DNA of 64,000 nt. Origin: a virus. This document shows positions 51,186 through 60,048 of the stretch, piece by piece. Positions within the stretch are counted from its first letter, which is position 1, and each line of letters begins with the position of its first letter. The notes under the pieces are model-generated. The model was not told where the DNA came from. It ran no database searches and was given only the letters and a program-made list of their open reading frames with translations. The DNA is taken from IMG/VR virus record IMGVR_UViG_3300050821_005528, positions 1-64,000 of that record. The stretch is one strand, 5' to 3'. Both the position numbers and the translations under genes were made by a program.

Positions 51186-51554
51186 CTCTATCTTCTCGCC
51201 GCCTCCATCCTCATCTTCTATGGGGCAACCCGAGCCTTCGCCTTCGACAACGGCCAATATGGTGATGTCCCCGACAATATCCGTTCATGGTTCAAGGGCG
51301 TTCATTCGCCCAACGGAGTCCCTTGCTGTGATATAGCCGACGGCCACCGCACCACTTGGGAAAAGCATCCCGGCGATGACCGTTACTGGGTTCCGATCGA
51401 AACCGAATGGTTTCCCGTGCCATCCGAAGCCGTCATCCACAACGCCGGCAATCCGACCGGAGAGGCCGTCGTCTGGTACGTCATGAAGGATGCGACGGCG
51501 CCGTTTCCGGGGAAATATCACATCCGGTGCTTTGTGCCCGGAGAGGGAGTTTAA
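51150..51554 (+). CDS. secreted protein (134 aa)
   Basis: Signal-peptide-like LLNWLYLLAASILIFYGATRAFA followed by FDNG. Contains a CC pair. Confidence 0.6.
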   Translation: MIARNPKSLLNWLYLLAASILIFYGATRAFAFDNGQYGDVPDNIRSWFKGVHSPNGVPCCDIADGHRTTWEKHPGDDRYWVPIETEWFPVPSEAVIHNAGNPTGEAVVWYVMKDATAPFPGKYHIRCFVPGEGV

Positions 51555-51556
51555 TT

Positions 51557-52240
51557 ATGCTTCAACCCGTGATGTTCGATTGCAACCACGACAACGCCAT
51601 CGATTGGGACGCGGTAGCGACCTGGGCCTGGGGATGTTCGCTCAAGGTGAACCAGGGACTCGGGATGACCGACCACACCTTCGCGTCGCGCCGCGCCGAG
51701 GCCGAGAAGCGCGGCATCATGGTCGGCGGCTACGACTTCTCGACCGACGATAACGTGGCCGCGAATGTGGCGCGCTATCTAGGCCTCCTCAATCCCGGCC
51801 CGACGACGCAAGCCGATTTGGACTTCGAAGACCTGACGCACCACGCCATGTCGGGCGACCATGCATACGAATGGCTCGATCGCGTCAACCAGAAGATGGG
51901 GCGCGCGGCCACGCTCTACGGCGGCAACCGCATCCGCGAGCACATTCGCTCCCAGGATAAGAAATGGATTGATATGGCGGCCGTCACGCCGCTGTGGCTG
52001 TGTCAGTACAAGGACGTTCAGGTAGACACGCTGGACGAGCTGGACCGGCACATCAGCGTGCCGCCACCGTGGAAGCGCTGGACCTATCTGCAGTACGCGG
52101 CGGACGGCGCTGGTCCCGCTCCGCACAAGATGCCGGGCGTCGAAAACAAGGCGGACCTGAACGTGTACCGGGGCGACCGCGCGACGTTCGCGGCGGGGTG
52201 GCCCGGGGCGTCGCTGCCAGCGCCGGAGGCGGTCGCGTGA
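51557..52240 (+). CDS. GH25-family lysozyme (muramidase) endolysin
   Basis: FDCNHDNAIDWDAV...KVNQGLGMTDHTF...GIMVGGYDF...LWLCQYKD...WTYLQYAADG...ADLNVYRG follows the GH25 pattern (DxS..qg.idw, KateG, GaYhf, WlaqY, WqYs, DlN.f). Confidence 0.8.
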   Translation: MLQPVMFDCNHDNAIDWDAVATWAWGCSLKVNQGLGMTDHTFASRRAEAEKRGIMVGGYDFSTDDNVAANVARYLGLLNPGPTTQADLDFEDLTHHAMSGDHAYEWLDRVNQKMGRAATLYGGNRIREHIRSQDKKWIDMAAVTPLWLCQYKDVQVDTLDELDRHISVPPPWKRWTYLQYAADGAGPAPHKMPGVENKADLNVYRGDRATFAAGWPGASLPAPEAVA

Positions 52241-52245
52241 TGACC

Positions 52246-52264
52246 GCGAGCGACGGGCGCTCGC
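52246..52264 (+). terminator. 7-bp-stem GC hairpin after the lysozyme gene (GCGAGCG acggg CGCTCGC)
   Basis: Direct reading. No U-tract. Confidence 0.2.
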
Positions 52265-52285
52265 ATAGACACTGATGAGGCCGTG

Positions 52286-52558
52286 ATGTTTTTTAGACTG
52301 ATCGGCGCTGCGGCGCTCGCCCTGGCACTCATAGGAACCGCGTGGACGCAGGGTATCCCCGGCGGGGGCGGCCCCGGCATACCAACGGCGAACTTTTGTT
52401 TCTTGTTTTTCAATCCCGGGATTCCGGGATGCCCTGGACCTGGCATGCCAGGCGTTAACCCCAACCCGGGACCGCCGCCGACCAACTGTTCGCCCGTTAA
52501 TGGTCTCGATTACACCAAGGCGTGCGATGTGGTCTACCATATGGGGATTTTTCAATGA
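52286..52558 (+). CDS. small secreted Gly/Pro-rich protein, tandem paralogue A
   Basis: Signal peptide, and C-terminus CSPVNGLDYTKACDVVYHMGIFQ. Confidence 0.55.
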   Translation: MFFRLIGAAALALALIGTAWTQGIPGGGGPGIPTANFCFLFFNPGIPGCPGPGMPGVNPNPGPPPTNCSPVNGLDYTKACDVVYHMGIFQ

Positions 52559-52773
52559 GGGTGCTTTTAGCCGCCATCCTTGTGCTTGCCGCCTCTGAAG
52601 CTTCACCGCAAACAACTTTGCTCGGAAATTGCGGTTCCGATATCACGGGAATACAGTTGAGCACGGGGAACGTCTACTGCGTCGCACCGCCGCCAGGAGC
52701 GTGCTCTCCTGTCGATGGCCTTGACTACACCAAAGCATGCGATATCGTTTATCACACGGGGATTTTTCAATGA
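52555..52773 (+). CDS. small secreted protein, tandem paralogue B
   Basis: MRVLLAAILVLAASEA, and C-terminus CSPVDGLDYTKACDIVYHTGIFQ. ATGA overlap. Confidence 0.55.
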   Translation: MRVLLAAILVLAASEASPQTTLLGNCGSDITGIQLSTGNVYCVAPPPGACSPVDGLDYTKACDIVYHTGIFQ

Positions 52774-53006
52774 GGATAATTCTGCTTGGTACTGCTATGC
52801 TCTTCTCGACGGCTGTTTACTGCGCTGATGTCGTCGTGGTGTTCGATGAACCGTTGCAGCGCGATATGATCGCCGTTCTGAATGCGGCCAAAGCTCAAGG
52901 ACTCGACCTTGCGGCTCCAGTCGGGCGCGTGTGGGAAAAACTCAAAGCCGCACCTGTGCTCAAACCCGATCCGCCGCCGCCCGCTCCATCGGAGAAACCA
53001 CAATGA
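52770..53006 (+). CDS. small secreted protein (78 aa)
   Basis: MRIILLGTAMLFSTAVYCADV. ATGA overlap. Pro-rich C-terminus. Confidence 0.5.
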   Translation: MRIILLGTAMLFSTAVYCADVVVVFDEPLQRDMIAVLNAAKAQGLDLAAPVGRVWEKLKAAPVLKPDPPPPAPSEKPQ

Positions 53007-54253
53007 AGAAACTTATCGCAGGACTTGCGCTCTCGCTGCTGGCAACAGCCGCATTCGCGGGTGCCGGGACCATAACGGTGCTCGACAGTACTGGCGCAAC
53101 CAAAACATACGATGTCATCACGGACGGATCGGGCAATTTCCTGTCCAAGATGGGCATCTGCGATGGAGCGGCGGGGGCCACTTGCGCTTCGGTTGGTACG
53201 GCAGGGTCCCCCTCCACCAACGCTCTCACGGTGCAAGCGGTGACGCTGGGGCACGGCACGGCCGCCAATGCGATGCGGGTGGAGCTGCCCACGGACGGGA
53301 CGGGCGTTGTTACGGCGGCCCAAGCGACCGCTGCCAATCTCAATGCGACGGTGGTCGGCACCGGCACATTCGCCACGCAATCGACTTTGGCGGCCGAAAC
53401 GACAAAGAACATCGGAACTATTCGCGCCACCGGCAACGTTGGCGGCGTCTTCGATGCGATCGTGGCTGGCACCTATCCGGCGAACGCGCTTGCTGTTGGC
53501 GTGCTCAACGGCAGCGCCATCGGCCGGCTGGTAGGCGACGAAACCAACGGCCTGTGGGTCAACATCAAGGCCGGTGCGGGTTCGGGCGGTACGGCGCTTG
53601 CTGACGAGGCCACGTTCACGCAGGGTACAACCAACTTCACCCCGGCCGGTTGCACCTTCAACAATTCGATCACGAACCTGACGAGCGGCCAGGGTGGCGC
53701 ATTCTCCTGCACAGCGGCCCGCTCGTTGCACACGACGGTCGATAACACCAACGCCAACGGCCAAGCCGCGATGGCGAACAGTTCGCCTGTCGTGATCGCG
53801 AGCAATCAATCAAATATTCCTACGAATACGGCTCAAATTAATGGCGTCACACCGTTGATGGGAAATGGCGTTAGCGGTACTGGATCGCAGCGCGTCAACA
53901 TCGCTTCCGATAATACCGCATTTCCAGTCAACGCAACCGGCCCCGTGAACGTAACAGCTACAGCGTGTTCTGGGACGATCACGAGCGGCGGCACCGCACA
54001 GAATGCTTTCACCGCGCAAACGACTTTGCACGGCTTCACGGTCGCCAACATCGACACAACCGAACCGCTATGGATTTCGTTTACTACTACCGCTGCGGCG
54101 AGCGGCACGGATAGCTACCCTCTCCCAGCCGCAACCGCGACAACCTTCGCGGGTTTTGGCTCGTTCACGACGCCGCCTGGGTTAGGACTTAACCACGCAC
54201 TATCCGTCATTGCGGCGACAACCTCACACAAGTATAGCTGTACATGGTGGTGA
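53003..54253 (+). CDS. secreted Thr/Ala/Gly/Asn-rich beta-rich protein (416 aa)
   Basis: Textbook Sec signal MKKLIAGLALSLLATAAFA followed by GAG. ATGA overlap. Confidence 0.7.
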   Translation: MKKLIAGLALSLLATAAFAGAGTITVLDSTGATKTYDVITDGSGNFLSKMGICDGAAGATCASVGTAGSPSTNALTVQAVTLGHGTAANAMRVELPTDGTGVVTAAQATAANLNATVVGTGTFATQSTLAAETTKNIGTIRATGNVGGVFDAIVAGTYPANALAVGVLNGSAIGRLVGDETNGLWVNIKAGAGSGGTALADEATFTQGTTNFTPAGCTFNNSITNLTSGQGGAFSCTAARSLHTTVDNTNANGQAAMANSSPVVIASNQSNIPTNTAQINGVTPLMGNGVSGTGSQRVNIASDNTAFPVNATGPVNVTATACSGTITSGGTAQNAFTAQTTLHGFTVANIDTTEPLWISFTTTAAASGTDSYPLPAATATTFAGFGSFTTPPGLGLNHALSVIAATTSHKYSCTWW

Positions 54254-54257
54254 GAAA

Positions 54258-54752
54258 ATGCCCAAAAATAATAGATGGTTTCCTATTGGAGCGGTGCTGC
54301 TACTTCTTTCTTTCCTGCATCCGCTCTACGCGCAATGGGGTGGGGGCGGCGGTGGAACGGTAAATAACAGTAGCACCGCCGCTAGCACCAATCGCGCGCT
54401 ATGCTCGATCCGCGCCGCCAATTTCAACATTACCACCGATCAGGCCTGCGTCATCCCCGGCACCGTCACCGCCTGGGTTCCGACCTCGATCATAGTCACC
54501 AATTGCTCCGGGAGCTTCACGCTTGCTGCCGGTGGCGTCTATCCGGCTGCCAGTAAGGGCGGCACGGCGCTGGTGGCCGCCGGCCAAGTCTACACGGCGC
54601 TGAGCGGATCAACCGTGGTGCTGGGGCTCACGCTCGCGGCCAACATCGCGACGACGCGGCAGACAGCGGGTACAGTTTACCTGTCGCTGACGACTGGGAC
54701 GGGATCGGCGGCAACCTGCGATTTCTATGTATGGGGAAACGACCTGACATGA
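54258..54752 (+). CDS. secreted protein (164 aa)
   Basis: Signal FPIGAVLLLLSFLHPLYA followed by QW. Gly run. Confidence 0.6.
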   Translation: MPKNNRWFPIGAVLLLLSFLHPLYAQWGGGGGGTVNNSSTAASTNRALCSIRAANFNITTDQACVIPGTVTAWVPTSIIVTNCSGSFTLAAGGVYPAASKGGTALVAAGQVYTALSGSTVVLGLTLAANIATTRQTAGTVYLSLTTGTGSAATCDFYVWGNDLT

Positions 54753-55924
54753 AGCGCTTTCTTATTGCGGTAGCATTGCTATTGATAGCAGGTGAGGCGC
54801 CCGCGCAGTTTAATGGGTGTTCGGCTGGGTTCTGTGCGCCGGTTGTTAGCGGCGGCGGAAGCTGCACCATCAACAGCGTCAGTTTGGGCGGCAATACCTT
54901 CACGGGTGGCGCATCCAGCGGAACGGTTGTCGGAGCCATCACGGTCAGCACAAGCGGTACATGCGGCACCGACACTCTGAGCGTCACAGGCACGAATGCC
55001 AGTGATTTTCAGATTAGCGGGACCAATCTCGAAACCAATGGCGTGGTAGCGGGCGGAAGCTATAGCATTAATATTGTCGCGACAATATCCGGGGCAACGG
55101 GGTCGCCGTTCACGCAGGCGGAAGTAATTTGCGGTGCTGGTAGTCATGCGGCAACCTTTATCGCCCGCACCAGCGGCATGAGCAATACCGAGACGACGGC
55201 CTACTGCAATTTGATCAACGGCCTTGACACCGATAGTACCTACGCTCTGTTCGATGCGCTATATATATTCGCAACAAATACCACAACCACGGCCGATCTC
55301 AACCTCGTCAGCACCAATTTTACGCTCACTTCGCACGGCAGTTGCACATTTACCGCTGATCACGGATATACCGGCGACGGTTCTTCTTGCTATCTTGATA
55401 CCGGGCTTGATCCGCAATCATGTACAGGAGTGACATGTAATTTCGCCAACACAACCGCAATGCATGGCGTTTATGTGCTTACCAATAGCACTTCGACGCC
55501 AGGCGCGCCCGAAATTGACATTGGAGCAGTGAATGACTCCACAGTGTTCAACTATATTCTTCCTATATTTACTGATGGTAAAAGTTACTGCTCAATAAAT
55601 AGCACTTCAAACAACGGGCCTGTCACGGTCGGGAACACTGACGGCTCGTGGATGTGCGTCGGTAATTCGACCAATAGCGTGTTTTATAGAAACGGGTCGT
55701 CTATTGGTTCTGGCACGGCAAGTGCCGGTGCGGTTCCAAACGTCAATTATTACATCTTGGCAAGAAATGATTCCGGCTCCGGTGGTGGGAGTTCTCCTGC
55801 TGAATTTTCGCCTCATCAACTATCCGCAGCGTGGATTGGGCAGATGCCAAATAGCACGCAGGCGGCTAATATCCAATCTCGCATTAATACGTTCATGACT
55901 TCGCAAGGTATCAATACATATTGA
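54749..55924 (+). CDS. secreted Cys-containing protein (391 aa), possible lectin/LamG-like C-terminal half
   Basis: Signal MKRFLIAVALLLIAGEAPA followed by QF. ATGA overlap. Lower-GC 3' half. Confidence 0.65.
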   Translation: MKRFLIAVALLLIAGEAPAQFNGCSAGFCAPVVSGGGSCTINSVSLGGNTFTGGASSGTVVGAITVSTSGTCGTDTLSVTGTNASDFQISGTNLETNGVVAGGSYSINIVATISGATGSPFTQAEVICGAGSHAATFIARTSGMSNTETTAYCNLINGLDTDSTYALFDALYIFATNTTTTADLNLVSTNFTLTSHGSCTFTADHGYTGDGSSCYLDTGLDPQSCTGVTCNFANTTAMHGVYVLTNSTSTPGAPEIDIGAVNDSTVFNYILPIFTDGKSYCSINSTSNNGPVTVGNTDGSWMCVGNSTNSVFYRNGSSIGSGTASAGAVPNVNYYILARNDSGSGGGSSPAEFSPHQLSAAWIGQMPNSTQAANIQSRINTFMTSQGINTY

Positions 55925-55937
55925 CAGGGGGATTCTA

Positions 55938-56468
55938 ATGTTCAACCGTATCCTCATTAGCCTCGGCCTCTCGCTCATGCTGGTTCTGTCGCCTCTCGCG
56001 GCGACACAGAAATGGGTTGCCGGCGCACTCACGGGCTACAGCACGACGGTTTGCGGGGCCGAACTCAATTCCCTCGCGAACGGCGACTCGGTCCTGTGCG
56101 GCACTGCCGTCACGACCAACACCGATCTGTACGGCACCGCGTCGTTCACGTTCGGCTCCGTCACCACGATGGGCGGTTCGCCCTATGTGCAACTCGCGAT
56201 CTATCAACTTAACCAGGACGGCAGCACGTATGGAGATGGCACCTTTGCGTCTGCGGCTGCCGGCAGCCCCGCCGCTCAGTATCTCGTCAACTGCATCATT
56301 CCTGCGCCGGCAAGCGCCACGGCGGCGTTCAAGGGCGAGTGCGGCCCGTTCCCGCTGCCGCCGGGCACGTTCAAGTTCGTGCTCTATGATAACCTAAACA
56401 CCACTGGAAATGCCGCTTCCAGCGGCAACGCCGTCTATCTCAACACATGGAATTTCCAGATCAATTGA
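55938..56468 (+). CDS. secreted protein (176 aa)
   Basis: Signal MFNRILISLGLSLMLVLSPLAA followed by TQ. Confidence 0.6.
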   Translation: MFNRILISLGLSLMLVLSPLAATQKWVAGALTGYSTTVCGAELNSLANGDSVLCGTAVTTNTDLYGTASFTFGSVTTMGGSPYVQLAIYQLNQDGSTYGDGTFASAAAGSPAAQYLVNCIIPAPASATAAFKGECGPFPLPPGTFKFVLYDNLNTTGNAASSGNAVYLNTWNFQIN

Positions 56469-56475
56469 GGTCGTC

Positions 56476-57543
56476 ATGCTCAAATTCCTGACTGTCCTCT
56501 GGGTATTGCTTGCGCCGCTGCCGGCATGGTCGCAGGCCATGTTCGCGCCGTTCATGGCTGCAAGCAGCGCAAGCAACTCGGTCACGGGTGCGATCCCGTC
56601 AGCGCCCGCCGCATTTTATGGGCAAATCAAGCCGACCGGGCCGATCGAGCTTAATCGGCAATCCCCGTTCGCGCCACTGGTCTCGATGTACGACCGCGGC
56701 GACGGCGTTTACATCAATGGTGCTTACGGGAATGCGGCCGACAATGGGCCGACTTTCGCGACCTATAGCGGCGGCGCTTCGACCAGCGCGGGTTTTATTC
56801 AAGGCGTCAACAGCACGCCGCGTGGCACAGCCGGATTGTGGCCTGGGGCGAGCATCACCAATGGGTTCTCCGGCAATGGGCTCGGCGCTTGGATCGTCAC
56901 CGGGGTGGACACCGGAGGCGGCGTTCAGACCGGGCTCGATATCAACGCTGCAAGCAATCTGACGGCGCTCGCGGCCGGGGCCGGATACTCGGTTGCGGTC
57001 CAGGTCTATCGCGTTCCCGGCACCATATCGGCCGATTTCGAATGGTACGGCGGCCGCACTTGGATATCCAACGGGGAGGGGTGGGAACAAGCCAATTCCT
57101 GCGCGGCTCCCGGCGTGATGTGGGGGTTCGTGGAGAACGCCGGTTGTGGCGCTTCGGGAAATTATGTCGTCGGCGCCTATGTTGTCACGGGCACCGTCGC
57201 ATCGCCCACGCAAAAAACACTGGGCTCATTTACGATTGCCCCGAATGCCTATTACGAACTCGGCATTGATTGCGTCAACACCAGCAGCGGCAGCGCTTCC
57301 TGCGAATGGCTTATCAACTCCGCGGTTCAGAGTTGCAGCAGTTGCACCGGCCTGTCGCTGCCGTCCACGACCAATACCGGAGAGACGTGGATAGAGGCCG
57401 GCGCAACGCGGCATGCTAGCGGACTGAGCAATCACACCTGTTACTGCTATGTCTACAAGATCGATTTTTATTCGCGCAAGCTTTCTCTGAGCGAGTGGTC
57501 GTTCCGCTGGAATAACCCGTGGAGCATGTACAAGCCGAAGTGA
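56476..57543 (+). CDS. secreted protein (355 aa), possible concanavalin/LamG-like fold
   Basis: Signal MLKFLTVLWVLLAPLPAWS followed by QA. Confidence 0.65.
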   Translation: MLKFLTVLWVLLAPLPAWSQAMFAPFMAASSASNSVTGAIPSAPAAFYGQIKPTGPIELNRQSPFAPLVSMYDRGDGVYINGAYGNAADNGPTFATYSGGASTSAGFIQGVNSTPRGTAGLWPGASITNGFSGNGLGAWIVTGVDTGGGVQTGLDINAASNLTALAAGAGYSVAVQVYRVPGTISADFEWYGGRTWISNGEGWEQANSCAAPGVMWGFVENAGCGASGNYVVGAYVVTGTVASPTQKTLGSFTIAPNAYYELGIDCVNTSSGSASCEWLINSAVQSCSSCTGLSLPSTTNTGETWIEAGATRHASGLSNHTCYCYVYKIDFYSRKLSLSEWSFRWNNPWSMYKPK

Positions 57544-57586
57544 CGTTCCAAACGCCAGCGTTCCTATCGAGGTAAGGAGTGATATC

Positions 57587-57733
57587 ATGTGGTGGCTCGT
57601 GTGGGGAGGAAGTTTCCTCGTCATCGCGGTTCTGGCGATCGATAGTTACCTGGTCCGGGTGCTGCGGCTCCCGGTACCAAGCGAAAGCACGAAATGGGAG
57701 GCTCTTCGGGGCCTCCCCTCTTCCCGTAAATAA
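57587..57733 (+). CDS. 48-aa single-TM protein (holin/antiholin-like candidate)
   Basis: Strong RBS GGTAAGGAGTGATATC followed by ATG. Starts MWWLVWGGSFLVIAVLAIDSYLV. Confidence 0.45.
   Translation: MWWLVWGGSFLVIAVLAIDSYLVRVLRLPVPSESTKWEALRGLPSSRK
57696..57717 (+). terminator. hairpin GGGAGGC-tcttcggg-GCCTCCC inside the 3' end of the 48-aa ORF
   Basis: Perfect 7-bp GC-rich stem. Followed by a C/T-rich stretch rather than a U-run. Confidence 0.25.
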
Positions 57734-57746
57734 GGCGAGAAAGACC

Positions 57747-58526
57747 ATGACCAACCCCCACGGCGGCTACGGCTGGCGGCGTTCCCTGCCGGATCATCGC
57801 GACGCGCCTTTCACCGCCGCCCTCATGGCGCGGCTCCCCACGACGTTGCCTGCGCACCGAGACGACCGGGGCACCAAGTATATGCCCCCGGTCTACAACC
57901 AGGGCCAGACTTCGAGTTGCACCGGCAACGGCACGGCCGGCGCCTTACAGTACAGGCGCCGCAAGCAGGGCCTCCCTGATTTCATGCCGTCGCGAATGTT
58001 CATCTACTACAACGGCCGCGCCATCGACGGCACCACAAGCTTCGATGGTGGTTCTCAGGTCCGCAACGTCATCAAAGCAGTGGCGACTCAAGGCGCGTGC
58101 GATGAAACCGAGTGGCCGTTTCGGACCGACCAGATCAATATGCGCCCGACCGACAAATGCTATTTCGATGCCAAGACCGACCTCGTGACCGGCTACGCGG
58201 CCGTCCCGCAGAACATCGACGCCATCCGGGCCTGCATCGCAAGCGACACGCCCGTCGTGTTCGGCTTCACGGTATACCCGCAGTTCGAGTCAGACGCGAT
58301 GGCGCGTAGCGGCATGATGGAGATGCCGGGCGACAGCGACGCGCCGCTCGGCGGCCACTGTCCGCTGGCGTGCGGCTATAGCGATAAGAGCAGAGTGGTG
58401 ATCTGCCGGAACAGCTGGGGACCGGACTGGGCGGACGGGGGTTATTTTTATATGCCGTATGATTACATCACCAACCCCGGGCTCGCCGCTGACTTCTGGC
58501 AGATCGACGTGGTGACGGGGCGATGA
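57747..58526 (+). CDS. papain-like cysteine peptidase (family C1)
   Basis: Oxyanion Gln and catalytic Cys in VYNQGQTSSCTGNG. Catalytic His in PLGGHCPLACGY. Asn/Trp in CRNSWGPDWADGGYFYMPY. Confidence 0.85.
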   Translation: MTNPHGGYGWRRSLPDHRDAPFTAALMARLPTTLPAHRDDRGTKYMPPVYNQGQTSSCTGNGTAGALQYRRRKQGLPDFMPSRMFIYYNGRAIDGTTSFDGGSQVRNVIKAVATQGACDETEWPFRTDQINMRPTDKCYFDAKTDLVTGYAAVPQNIDAIRACIASDTPVVFGFTVYPQFESDAMARSGMMEMPGDSDAPLGGHCPLACGYSDKSRVVICRNSWGPDWADGGYFYMPYDYITNPGLAADFWQIDVVTGR

Positions 58527-58738
58527 CCTGCGCCCGCTATCTCAACGGCGGCAAGTGGTGCGACCTCGGACCTCAGCCCGACTTGACTTGGCTCTACCTG
58601 CTGGCCTGCATCGCCATGGTCGTCTGCGGTGGGTGCGACGCAGCCGATGCCGGATGGCGCTGCCATCCCGAGGGACGAAGCAAGGCGTTCCTGGAGTACC
58701 GCAGGGCGTACCATGATCCGGGGCTCAGACTCAGATGA
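58523..58738 (+). CDS. small Cys-rich membrane protein (71 aa)
   Basis: ATGA overlap. Contains LTWLYLLACIAMVVCGGC. Confidence 0.45.
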   Translation: MTCARYLNGGKWCDLGPQPDLTWLYLLACIAMVVCGGCDAADAGWRCHPEGRSKAFLEYRRAYHDPGLRLR

Positions 58739-59265
58739 TCCGCCTACGCTTCGTCACCGGCGACGACTGGATATCCAACGCCATCCGCATCGGCGAGCGC
58801 GACGGATGGTGCACGCATGTCGAAGCCGTGATGCCAGACGGGACACTTCTCGGCGCGCATCTCGATGGCGGCGTGCAGGCGCGGCCGGCGGGTTACGATA
58901 AGGGGAAGGCGACGCGCGAGTTGATCGTGGACCTACATGAGGAGAACTGCTTCGGCGCGTTGTCGGTCGGGACTCCGCAGGATGTCGCCGCGCAGCAATG
59001 CCGCGAGAGCTTCTATGATTTCCTGCGCGCCCAACTCGGCAAACCGTATGATCTCACGGCCCTCGCCGGCGCCGCATTCGATCGCGACTGGCACCGCGCT
59101 GACTCCTGGTTCTGTAGCGAGTTGATTTCCGCCGCGCTTGAGCATTGCGGTTATCTCCATTCGCTCGCCGCCATCGACAGTCATATATCGCCGCGAGACC
59201 TGTTATTGGTGTTAAGTGGACGAATCGCGATTCCCAACATGGCAGGCGTTTCGCTGACGACATAG
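58735..59265 (+). CDS. permuted papain-fold (YiiX/C92- or NlpC/P60-like) hydrolase
   Basis: His precedes Cys: WCTHVEAVMPDG...GVQARP...DSWFCSELISAAL. ATGA overlap. Confidence 0.6.
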   Translation: MIRLRFVTGDDWISNAIRIGERDGWCTHVEAVMPDGTLLGAHLDGGVQARPAGYDKGKATRELIVDLHEENCFGALSVGTPQDVAAQQCRESFYDFLRAQLGKPYDLTALAGAAFDRDWHRADSWFCSELISAALEHCGYLHSLAAIDSHISPRDLLLVLSGRIAIPNMAGVSLTT

Positions 59266-59274
59266 GAGCGCGGA

Positions 59275-59586
59275 ATGGACGAAGGTGAGCAATGGTTAAA
59301 CGATCAGATGCCGGGAATCTACGCCGAAGTTCCCGAGGTGGTGCGAGAAATCTTCGCGCGCATCCCCTATGGACAGGAATTCACGCTAAGTAACGGCCGC
59401 GTCGGTCGTTTCAAAAAATTCATTGAACCTCGTCAAAACGACGGCAAATGGGAGTTCGGATTCGACATTGTATTTGACAAAGGATCGCCAGACCACCTTG
59501 AGTTTTTTGTGAAGCACACAGGAGGCGGCGGATTAGTGGCAGTGCCAACCGTGCCAATCGTAGAATTTTCATCGACCGCGAGCTGA
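59275..59586 (+). CDS. hypothetical protein (103 aa), low-GC; possible cognate inhibitor/immunity
   Basis: The function is a guess from adjacency only. Confidence 0.5.
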   Translation: MDEGEQWLNDQMPGIYAEVPEVVREIFARIPYGQEFTLSNGRVGRFKKFIEPRQNDGKWEFGFDIVFDKGSPDHLEFFVKHTGGGGLVAVPTVPIVEFSSTAS

Positions 59587-59596
59587 GGAACAATCT

Positions 59597-60031
59597 ATGG
59601 CCTTTGATATCTCTCCCTATCTATCGAGTGGACGCAACGTCGTGAGCGCGATTGCCGGAGTTGCCCTCGGCGTCGGGATTACATCGGTCGGCGGCGTCTC
59701 GACCGGCGATCTGGTTGCTGGCTTTGATCATATCTTCAAGGGCCTCAATGAAATCGCGATCGGCGTGGGAATCATCGCCCCGGCCGCAATGAGTGCATGG
59801 GCCTTTGCCAAAGGGCGGCTATCGTCCAAGGTCGCCGACGTGCATGCCGCTGCCCCGCATGAGCTTGTGAGCGCCGTCAACCAGGTGGACCATCCGCAAC
59901 TCGTGGCGGCCGTCGCCCGGGTCTCGCCTGCCACACTCGTCAACGCCGCTGCCGAGCTTCCATCGGTTCAACAGATCATCGCCACCCCGGCGATGGAGAA
60001 AGCAACCGCGAGCCAAAAGGTGGTCTCGTAA
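59597..60031 (+). CDS. two-TM holin-like protein
   Basis: VVSAIAGVALGVGITSVGGV and IAIGVGIIAPAAMSAWAFA, followed by a hydrophilic tail. Confidence 0.5.
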   Translation: MAFDISPYLSSGRNVVSAIAGVALGVGITSVGGVSTGDLVAGFDHIFKGLNEIAIGVGIIAPAAMSAWAFAKGRLSSKVADVHAAAPHELVSAVNQVDHPQLVAAVARVSPATLVNAAAELPSVQQIIATPAMEKATASQKVVS

Positions 60032-60048
60032 GAAAGAAGGAAAACACC

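Noticed and set aside
53003-57543. Treating the five large Thr/Ser/Gly-rich proteins simply as extra tail fibres.
   Set aside because: Their composition is fibre-like, but each has a canonical cleavable Sec signal peptide, which virion proteins assembled in the cytoplasm should not have. They are therefore reported as secreted proteins of unknown role.
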